Positions 39,458 to 47,345 of a DNA stretch of 64,000 nucleotides are shown here, in pieces. Each line of letters begins with the position of its first letter. Positions within the stretch are counted from its first letter, which is position 1. The translations under genes were made by a program, and so were the position numbers. The notes beneath the pieces are model-generated. The model was not told the origin of the DNA and did no database searches. It saw nothing but the letters and a program-made list of their open reading frames with translations. Source of the stretch: Anaerolineae bacterium (GTDB lineage: Bacteria > Chloroflexota > Anaerolineae > DUEN01); assembly GCA_025060615.1 (NCBI GenBank), contig JANXBS010000020.1, positions 7,319-71,318 of the forward strand, in the 5' to 3' direction.

Positions 39458-42037
39458 CTACCGAGTTTGCACGGTGATAATTTGCGGCAACAGCACCCGA
39501 TCCCCTTGCGGGTTGCCGGCGGCATCCGTGACGGGCAGGCGCGTCCCCGAGGCGGTCAGGTACATGCCGACCTCCAATTGATGCGGACCGGGCGATGCCT
39601 CTGGCGCTACGACGAGGCGCACCTCGTCCACCACTACCTCGCCGAATGCCCAGGTGTACGTCGGTCGCAGCCCCCCGCCGGGCAGGCCGTCACGCTGGCC
39701 TCGTACCTGGTGGTTTGCGTCGAGCAGGTGGACAAAAACGGTGTAGGATTCGGCTATGGGCGCTCGCGCCCGCCAGTACAGGCGCACGTGCAGCTCCTCA
39801 CCAGGTCTGACCACAGTCGGCCCTGCGTCGTATCCCAGCAAGCGGACCTGCCCTCCGAAATCCATGTCCACCTGTTGCGGGACGTGCGGCGGCGTGAACA
39901 GGCGAGCGGGCACTTCTTCAGCCGGCCCTCGCCAGCGATTGCGCAGCGTCGCCAACTGGAGAAGCGTTCGCTCGCCGGGCAGCCGCACCTGCCACGGCGA
40001 TTCGAGCACCCGTGGCCGCAAGCGGCGGCCGAGGTCCCACACCTCATCGCCCTCGTACACACCGACGGCCACGCCGAACTCCGGCGTATCCTGAGTCCAC
40101 CAAGTCACTGGGTTAAAGACCACGCGGATCACTTCGCCGGGCTGCCAGCGCTGGGTGGGATACCAGACTAGCGCGGCAGGCGGCTCGGTGGTCGCGCCGA
40201 CGACGTCGCCGTTGGCGTTCAGCTCGAAAAGAGCGATTTGGTAGTCGGTGGACAGGGAGCGCAGCGCCTCGAAGTACAGGGTGTATACCCGCTCATCGCC
40301 GCGCCGGCCCTCGATATCATAGCCATGGAGCCGCAGCACGCCTTCGCCCGTGTCGGGCCGCGCGAACTCGGCGTTGAGCGGATATTCTGGGACCGCATCG
40401 TTAGCCCGCAGGAAGCTGTAGAAGGCGTCGGGGAGCGGCCGCGGCGGCGCCCCGCGTTGGAGGAGGATGTAGCCATCCTCGGCAGCGATCACGCCGAATT
40501 CGCTGCCTCCGACCACGTGGTCTCGCATCCAGGTCAGGAAGTTGTCCTTATTGGCCGTAAACGTAGCCGCGTCCAGCAACAGATATTCAGTGTTCAGCGA
40601 GTAGGGGAAGAGGTTGATGCGGTCACGTTGGCTGAAGTGCGGATTGAGGTTGGATTGCGTTGAGAGGCTGGCGTTGCTTGGGATAAGCCTGGCGATGTCC
40701 TGAAGCCGGCGGTCATGCTCGCTCACCTCTGGCCAGGTGAACCCTTCCGCCAGCGGTGTGAAACCTCGGTGGTAGTGATAGGCCAGCGTACAGGTTAACA
40801 CCCACAGGCTGAGGACCATCGCGATACGCCGCATAAGAGGAACCTGATCCTGGTCAGTGAACGGGAAAGGCGATGAGCCATAGGGCGACGAGAAATGAAG
40901 GCGACCAGTTCCCAATTGGTGACTGATCCAGGCCGTTCCCATGATGCCGGAGACGATCACAAATGGGACCAGCGGCGCCGCGTAGTGGTATCGCTCCAGG
41001 TAGTGCATCTGCGCGTTGTCGCTGATCAAGTTGATGAGTAAAGAGGGCAGGAGCATAACCAGCGTGGCCGGGCTGAACAGCGAAAGCCATCCCACCGGCG
41101 CCAGCAACCGTACCATATAGCGTAGGTTGCCCTCCGTCAAAAGTTTGCCCAGTGCTATGGATATGACGGTGTTATCCTGGCCGGCCGAATCGCCAAACAA
41201 TTGAATTACCGAACCGTAATAGTTCAAATACGGTGATCGGCCACTGGTGTTAAAGGCCGGCACGATCACGAAAACGGCGATCAGAAACCAGGTGATTCCC
41301 GCGAGCGCTACCGGTATCCCCAGTCGTGGCCGACGCTGAATTGCGGCGGCGTATAGCCCCATCATCGCCACCAGGAGCGGTATCTCCTCTTTCGTCGCCG
41401 CGGCCAGCAGCCCAAAGGCTAGGAACCAGCGCGTGCGCCCACAGAGCAGCCCATACGCGGCGAACAGGAGCAGGCTGGCGGCTAGCGTCACGGCGTGGAA
41501 GTCAAAGAGGTTGGCCGCTTCCAACGCCGGGAAGAGCAGATATGCGGTTGGAAAGACGACCGCAGGTAGCCCCTTGCCCAGGCGATCGCGGGCCAGCCAG
41601 TAGGCTGGCAGCGCACCTAAGGCGAGGACAACTGTTTGCAGGATCAATAGCGCCCGCGGGTCGCTCCAAATCCAATATAGTGGCGCAATTAAAAAGTAGA
41701 TCGGCTCTACGTGCATAGCCAGCCGGGTGCCAGCCTTGAAGGTCTTGGCCCGTCCCTCCCAGTTGGTGAAGGCCAGCGGCCGGCCATGCGCCGTGTTCCA
41801 CACTGCCTGGTCCACGTTGCCCAGGTCGTACGCGTTCGTCTCTAGCCCATTATGGCGGGCGATAGTAATGGCGCTGAAGAAGACGGTATAGGCGATAATC
41901 AGCAGAGCTACTAACGCCCCACTCCAGCCGCAAGAGGTGTTGCGCCATACGTGTAACATTTTAGGCTTCACTTTGTGTTTTGCGGGCTTTGCATCTTTTC
42001 GTGCCCTTGCGGTCTCACCTCCTTCTTGTGATGCCAA
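39458..42037 (-). CDS. DUF2079-family GT-C membrane protein with two C-terminal beta modules
   Basis: YDLGNVDQAVWNT, MHVEPIY, NLFDFH, KEE, HYAAP, LLDAA. The start may be ATG 41959. Confidence 0.8.
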   Translation of the reverse strand: MASQEGGETARARKDAKPAKHKVKPKMLHVWRNTSCGWSGALVALLIIAYTVFFSAITIARHNGLETNAYDLGNVDQAVWNTAHGRPLAFTNWEGRAKTFKAGTRLAMHVEPIYFLIAPLYWIWSDPRALLILQTVVLALGALPAYWLARDRLGKGLPAVVFPTAYLLFPALEAANLFDFHAVTLAASLLLFAAYGLLCGRTRWFLAFGLLAAATKEEIPLLVAMMGLYAAAIQRRPRLGIPVALAGITWFLIAVFVIVPAFNTSGRSPYLNYYGSVIQLFGDSAGQDNTVISIALGKLLTEGNLRYMVRLLAPVGWLSLFSPATLVMLLPSLLINLISDNAQMHYLERYHYAAPLVPFVIVSGIMGTAWISHQLGTGRLHFSSPYGSSPFPFTDQDQVPLMRRIAMVLSLWVLTCTLAYHYHRGFTPLAEGFTWPEVSEHDRRLQDIARLIPSNASLSTQSNLNPHFSQRDRINLFPYSLNTEYLLLDAATFTANKDNFLTWMRDHVVGGSEFGVIAAEDGYILLQRGAPPRPLPDAFYSFLRANDAVPEYPLNAEFARPDTGEGVLRLHGYDIEGRRGDERVYTLYFEALRSLSTDYQIALFELNANGDVVGATTEPPAALVWYPTQRWQPGEVIRVVFNPVTWWTQDTPEFGVAVGVYEGDEVWDLGRRLRPRVLESPWQVRLPGERTLLQLATLRNRWRGPAEEVPARLFTPPHVPQQVDMDFGGQVRLLGYDAGPTVVRPGEELHVRLYWRARAPIAESYTVFVHLLDANHQVRGQRDGLPGGGLRPTYTWAFGEVVVDEVRLVVAPEASPGPHQLEVGMYLTASGTRLPVTDAAGNPQGDRVLLPQIITVQTR

Positions 42038-42163
42038 CAGCCCGAAGCGACAAACCTGGCACGAGATTTTACCCTATTTCGCCGATCTATTCCAATTCCC
42101 TCGGCAAGGCTCTCAGGCGGACATGCCTCTAGCACCCATGCGCCATGCCTACGCCGGAGAGCA

Positions 42164-43225
42164 TCACACAGGCTGGGAAGCCACATAAATCGGGTTGCTG
42201 AAGATCCACCCACGCCGCCGTCCCCAGGCTTGACGATACACCTCCACCCGATATACGCCTGGCTGCTCGCTGGTGAAGCGCAGCTCATGACCGTGGGTTG
42301 AAGCGATAAGTCGTCTGTTGCGTAACAGCCGGATAAAGCCTGGATGTGGAAGATGGACTTCAAATGACGTGGGCTCTCCGGCTGGCAACGTATCGCCCAT
42401 GATGGCTGAAGCCGAGGACTGGCGTGCCAGAAAGCGGAAGCCAGTGGTCCTCGCCGGCAGATCATAGCCGATCCAGCAGTGTCCTTGCCGCAAGGCATCT
42501 AAGATCAGCGCGCGATCGTGTGCCACATCCCCTATAAACGGTTCAGGCACCAGGATGTGGGTATTCACCGCGCGAAAGCAAAGCTCGTAAGGAAGCAGAG
42601 TCCACTTCCAGGGGCCAAACCTCACCGAAAAGGCATGAGCATCCGAACCTCCCAGCGCGACAACAGGCCGCTGGCTAGTCAGCCGATCCCATCGCTCCAG
42701 CGTCTCAGGGAGGGGGCCAGTGGTCAACAAAAACGGCGCTTTAACGATTAGCAGAGCTCGCACGAGATTGGAAGCATAGCCACGGAACTCCGACAGATAA
42801 TTCCACAGCTCGATCCCGGTATATCCCGTCACTTCCCAATTGAGCCAGGGAAAGCGCTTAGGGAAAAATCGGGTGCTGCGCTCATCAGGATGGGCTAAAA
42901 ACGCCAGCCCTCCCTGTCCAACCACCGCATGGATGAGCGTCTGTGGATCCTTTCGCCACTTGGTGACTTCCTCCTGGATGCCCAGGCACAAGAGATGATC
43001 GCCTTCGGGATTACGATCGGGATCGTGCACTTCCTCGCCGATCAACACCAGGACCGACCCGTATCGCCCCTCAGCCGAACGGACCAGGACGTTGTGGTCG
43101 GTGACGATGAGGAAATCCAATCCCGCCGCCTGAGCGGCCCGGGCCAGGTCTGCGTGGGTACCTGAGCCATCGCTGAAGCGGGTGTGCATATGGATATTAC
43201 CTGTGTACTCATACCAGCGAGTCAT
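42164..43225 (-). CDS. PHP-domain metallohydrolase (CehA/McbA-like)
   Basis: HMHTRFSDG, VTDHN, GEEV, LAHP, GIELWN, GGSDAH; C-terminal WIFSNPIYV. Confidence 0.85.
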   Translation of the reverse strand: MTRWYEYTGNIHMHTRFSDGSGTHADLARAAQAAGLDFLIVTDHNVLVRSAEGRYGSVLVLIGEEVHDPDRNPEGDHLLCLGIQEEVTKWRKDPQTLIHAVVGQGGLAFLAHPDERSTRFFPKRFPWLNWEVTGYTGIELWNYLSEFRGYASNLVRALLIVKAPFLLTTGPLPETLERWDRLTSQRPVVALGGSDAHAFSVRFGPWKWTLLPYELCFRAVNTHILVPEPFIGDVAHDRALILDALRQGHCWIGYDLPARTTGFRFLARQSSASAIMGDTLPAGEPTSFEVHLPHPGFIRLLRNRRLIASTHGHELRFTSEQPGVYRVEVYRQAWGRRRGWIFSNPIYVASQPV

Positions 43226-43310
43226 GATGTCTCTTTGAACCCAACAGTAAGGACAAGGATCGTCTTTGCTCTAAACCACCTTGCCCTTTAGGATGCCATA
43301 AAAATCTATT

Positions 43311-46300
43311 TCACCGATGCAACATCGGAAGGAATACCGCACGCGTGACGACAGCAACGTGAACCGGCTCTGACCATCCTCCTATGCGGCCGGCCGCGTC
43401 ACGAGCACGCGCCCGAAAGCGATAGCTGGTCAACGGACGTCCCTTAAATAACATTTCTGAAGCTATAGTGTCTGTAAGCCAATCCGTCCACTCAGAGGCA
43501 TCGCTGGCCTGTACCTGAACATCAAAGTTGACCACACCAGCGGCGTCGTCCTCCCCTTCCCAGCGCACCGTGAAAAACGGAAGCGCAGTCAGCTCTGGGG
43601 CAAACATACGCGCCGTAGGAGGGGCCATATCCACCGAGACCGTGAGCATCTTCTGGCTTCCCAACCTAGCGTGATCCACCGCTCGCGCCTGTATCACCGT
43701 TTTCCCCGGTCGCCCCACCACTATCGACAACGTCCCTCCCTGCCACATGCTATCATCCGTTCGCCAGGCTATCTCTCGAATGCCTGATGTAGCGTCAGTG
43801 GCAGTTAGCGTGATTGTCACCGGTCCTAGGAACCAGCCATTCTCGCCCGGCTGTCCATCCAACCTGAACGAAAGCAAGGGTGGCTGTGTGTCCACTCGCA
43901 CAGGGAATGGCTCTGACTCGGCGAAGCGGCCATGGACGTCCTCTGCCCTGAACTGCGCCAAGCTCTCCCCCTCGCCCAGGGAAGTAGGAATACAGGCCAG
44001 CCTTATGGGCACGATAGCCCCGGCCGATGCATCGGCCTCAGCGTATGTCCAGCCACCCCACGTCGCTCCGCCATCGCCAGAGACGCGACAGGCCGATCCT
44101 GCCGGCTCAAAGCCACCAGGCGTCCACACCGTGATGGTCAAGCGGCTGCGCGTGGTGTCGGTGATCCAATCGGCTGGCCCGGCGTCCTCCCAGGCGCCCG
44201 GCCCTGGCATCTCTGCGAAGGCGAGTGTTATCGGCCGGGGATTAGAGGCGTTGCCGGCTCGATCGAATGCGACCGCAATAAGTTGGCCAGCTCGCGCGCC
44301 GGTTGGCAACGCCCATGCGGCCTCAGGCGGCTGCAGCGTGGGATACTCTACTACCAGCACCCGATCGAGCATTAGATCGGCAGCACCGCTATTGCGCACG
44401 CGAAACCGTAAGCCCACTGAAGCCGGAGCATCGTACCAGAAGTCCACGGGAATGTCTTGGTAGGCATTCGGTGATAGAAAGTGCAGGCCGCGCACATCTG
44501 CCAGCCCCAGCAATCGCCCTCCAGGCTCGGCTGTCACCTCAAGTCGGGCGACAACACTCGAGGTCAACTCGGGGCCGGTGCGCAGCCGGAAGAGCGCCCG
44601 ATAGATACGGCCTACGGGCAATGTCTGCACCGGCTGGCTGGTCCATGTCCCGGCGAATCCAGCCTTTGTCCCCCAGGCCAGGCCATTATGCGCTTCAGGA
44701 TCACCTACCGGTCCGCCAGGCACGCCCTGGAAATCCTCGCCTTCCCAGCTCCAAGCTGCGCTCACCCCCATCCCTGCGAAGCCGGCCAGCCCGCCGTCGC
44801 TGCTGGTCAGGCCGAGGGTGATAGTAGGCGGCGGGCTAGTCGGTGGCAGCAGCCACGCTGCGCCCTGTGGTCGTTCTTGGTCTACGCCTAGCCATAGCCG
44901 GTTTTCCCCGCGCACGGTGCCGCTGATCGTCTCAGCGCTGACCGTGAGCGTGGCGCTCACGCCGATCTGAGCGAAATCTAAGGCCATGCCCCAGCCGTCA
45001 GCCGGCGTAGTATCCTCGCCGACGATGCGGCCATCTGCCCAGAACGTGACACGGTTGACCTCGTCAACGGGGGCGGCGTTAGCCTCCAGCCAGACGCCGC
45101 GGCCGCCGTAGTACCATCCGGCCCATGGGTCAGTGATGCCTAGGCGTAGAGGTGGGCGCTCACCGGAGCGACGGACCTCCACGCCCGTGTAGTAGTGCGC
45201 TAGGATCTGCAGCTCATCCCAGCCGTATGTCTGAGCCCAGCGGTAAGCCCCCCATTGACTCATCCCGTGACCATGGCCGCGTCGCGGCTTGCCCAGGCTA
45301 ACGGGATCGGGCACCGCTTGCAAGTAGGGTAATCCGCCGTCAAGTGTGGGATGTCCGTGATCGGCACTGTACTTGGCAAGGATGGGACGGTTTCGATAGG
45401 CAATGTATTGCCCGGCCGTCGCCAAGACAGCCTCATCGCTGGCCGGATGGGTCGTGTCGCACATCACCTGATAGTCAACCCAGTCGGTGACGTCGAAGTC
45501 GGGCTTGCCTTGGAGCACATGGTACCAAGCATAGGTACGGGCAGCGATGGCCTGCGCGCGCACCACGGCTGATGGCCACCGCGCGGGCACCTCATGGGGG
45601 ACCACACGGCGCACGTATTCCTCGAATGGGATCACATCTATGGACCAAGGGAGACGGTCACGGCAAGTGTTGCTGGGATGGTGAGCGACGCGGATGGTGG
45701 AAGGTGGGATGAGTACCTCCGTCGGGTGCAGATCTCCCGCTAAGACGTTTCTACCTGAGGAGGCGTCTCCACCGCTGAGGCCCGTGAGGCGGCGAGGCGA
45801 TAGACCATCTAGAGACACGAGCCAGATAGTGCCGGCGCGCAGGTAGGCCAGGGTGCGGCTATCCGGCGACCAGCGAGGGGCATAGGCGCCGTTCGTGTCC
45901 AGAATACGCAGGGGATTGCCGTCTCGATCGGCCAGCCACAGTTCGGCCTGTGCCAGCGTCTCAGCGCCGGTAGGCATACGTTCCACGGCCAGCCAGCGGC
46001 CATCTGGGGAACGCTGGGGCCGCCCCAGAAGCCAGCCGGGGCCGCCTAAAGCTTCCTTCAGTGTTTTGGCCGAGGCAGGTGAGACAACAGGCGAAGCCGC
46101 CATAGCAAGGGCCTCCCCGGCTGGTATCGGTCGTTGACTGCCATCGAGCCCAATCCGAAACGATCCATCTGGCGTGGAGACGATCACAGCGTCACCAGCG
46201 TTGGTCCAGCCTAATAAGGCAGCCGGGCTCGTTCTAAGGGACTCATGGGTTTTGTCAAGCAGGAATGAACTAAGGTGCTCAGCCTGCACTGAGGGTTTCA

Positions 46301-46349
46301 CTAGGGACAAGGTTACTAGCAGAAACGCGCTCCCCAGAAGTTTTTTCAT
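43311..46349 (-). CDS. Secreted SpoIID/LytB-domain protein with PD40, Ig-like/FN3 domains and C-terminal VFLPMLHR
   Basis: Signal peptide; SPDGRWLA and WSPDSRTLAY repeats; FEEYV..VVPHE, AQAIAARTY, GHGHGMSQWGA, ILAHYY; DATSGI and YRFRARARDAAG. Confidence 0.85.
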   Translation of the reverse strand: MKKLLGSAFLLVTLSLVKPSVQAEHLSSFLLDKTHESLRTSPAALLGWTNAGDAVIVSTPDGSFRIGLDGSQRPIPAGEALAMAASPVVSPASAKTLKEALGGPGWLLGRPQRSPDGRWLAVERMPTGAETLAQAELWLADRDGNPLRILDTNGAYAPRWSPDSRTLAYLRAGTIWLVSLDGLSPRRLTGLSGGDASSGRNVLAGDLHPTEVLIPPSTIRVAHHPSNTCRDRLPWSIDVIPFEEYVRRVVPHEVPARWPSAVVRAQAIAARTYAWYHVLQGKPDFDVTDWVDYQVMCDTTHPASDEAVLATAGQYIAYRNRPILAKYSADHGHPTLDGGLPYLQAVPDPVSLGKPRRGHGHGMSQWGAYRWAQTYGWDELQILAHYYTGVEVRRSGERPPLRLGITDPWAGWYYGGRGVWLEANAAPVDEVNRVTFWADGRIVGEDTTPADGWGMALDFAQIGVSATLTVSAETISGTVRGENRLWLGVDQERPQGAAWLLPPTSPPPTITLGLTSSDGGLAGFAGMGVSAAWSWEGEDFQGVPGGPVGDPEAHNGLAWGTKAGFAGTWTSQPVQTLPVGRIYRALFRLRTGPELTSSVVARLEVTAEPGGRLLGLADVRGLHFLSPNAYQDIPVDFWYDAPASVGLRFRVRNSGAADLMLDRVLVVEYPTLQPPEAAWALPTGARAGQLIAVAFDRAGNASNPRPITLAFAEMPGPGAWEDAGPADWITDTTRSRLTITVWTPGGFEPAGSACRVSGDGGATWGGWTYAEADASAGAIVPIRLACIPTSLGEGESLAQFRAEDVHGRFAESEPFPVRVDTQPPLLSFRLDGQPGENGWFLGPVTITLTATDATSGIREIAWRTDDSMWQGGTLSIVVGRPGKTVIQARAVDHARLGSQKMLTVSVDMAPPTARMFAPELTALPFFTVRWEGEDDAAGVVNFDVQVQASDASEWTDWLTDTIASEMLFKGRPLTSYRFRARARDAAGRIGGWSEPVHVAVVTRAVFLPMLHR

Positions 46350-46370
46350 AGTTTATCCCTGCCAGCAAGT

Positions 46371-46505
46371 CTATTCCCTTACTCGTACGAGCAGCTTCTC
46401 GTGTTGGCGCAATGCCTGCGTAAGGTCTACAACGAGCCGCAGACGGCGGCACTCATTGCCGAAGTAGCCGAGGCCTATCGTAGGCAGGGGGCCTTACGAG
46501 CATAA
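46371..46505 (+). pseudogene. Probable 3' relic of a diol/glycerol dehydratase small subunit gene (PduE-like)
   Basis: Translates to LFPYSYEQLLVLAQCLRKVYNEPQTAALIAEVAEAYRRQGALRA*, resembling the PduE C-terminus (LRPYRSTKEELLAIA..L...Y.A...AAFVREAA..Y). No start codon or upstream homology. Confidence 0.5.
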
Positions 46506-46522
46506 CCAAGGCGCGAGGCGCG

Positions 46523-47320
46523 TCACCCCTGTTTCATGAACGCCACGCGAGCCTCATCGGCCAACAGGTACAGAGGATCGGCCTGGATCAGCGGCAGGAT
46601 GATCTCTCGCATTTGGCCGGCGTGGATCAGCCGTGCATGGGCCTGTCCCACACGCCCTTCCCGCATGGCTCCTGCCTGTCGCAACGGCTCATCTATTCGG
46701 GAGAAGTTACGCTTCCAGCCCCACAGGTGAAGCCGACCGGACACCACGAGCTCACGGCCATCGGCATCCACGACGATGGCGTGGGTAATCTGATACTGGA
46801 GGTGATACGGCACCCCAGCTAGCTCCTCCAACGCATGCAGGGAAGTGTTGCTCTCCTGCGTGCATCCCAGCAGCAGGATGTAGCCGCCACGATCCATCAG
46901 TCGGATGTACGGGCTGCCGGGACCGCACGGCGTGGTACAGTGCTCGTGGCCGGTCGTATACCATTCGGCCTGCGCGCCGATGGCTGTGACCGAATGCGTG
47001 GGATGCAGGCTACGGCGGGCTTCAGGCCGCCGTCGAAACGCCTCTGGAATGCGGCCGATCCAGCTCGCGCACGGGGTGGAGCGCACATCCATGCGCGGTG
47101 GACGGTCTGGCCCATCCTCCGGCGAGCCGGTGAGGGCCGGCGCCAACACCGTCCCGCCGGGCGATACCGCTGCGATGAGGGCGTCTACGACCGTGTCGGC
47201 GCCTCCTTCGACCCATCCCAGGCTGCTTAACGAGGAATGAACCAACACCTCGTCGCCGGGTCGCAGCCCCAGCGCGCGCAGGTCTGCAACGATCTCTACG
47301 GCCGTTAACCCGCGGTTCAT
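46523..47320 (-). CDS. AAC(3)/YokD-family N-acetyltransferase
   Basis: LVHSSLSSLGWVEGGADTVVDAL, GGTVLAP, SLHPTHSVTAIG, GGYILLLG...NTSLHALEE. Confidence 0.9.
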   Translation of the reverse strand: MNRGLTAVEIVADLRALGLRPGDEVLVHSSLSSLGWVEGGADTVVDALIAAVSPGGTVLAPALTGSPEDGPDRPPRMDVRSTPCASWIGRIPEAFRRRPEARRSLHPTHSVTAIGAQAEWYTTGHEHCTTPCGPGSPYIRLMDRGGYILLLGCTQESNTSLHALEELAGVPYHLQYQITHAIVVDADGRELVVSGRLHLWGWKRNFSRIDEPLRQAGAMREGRVGQAHARLIHAGQMREIILPLIQADPLYLLADEARVAFMKQG

Positions 47321-47345
47321 TGGAGCCCCCTTGACGAAATCGAGT

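Noticed and set aside
46523-47320. Acquired aminoglycoside-resistance gene
   Set aside because: No mobile context or compositional anomaly; the family includes many chromosomal YokD-like proteins.
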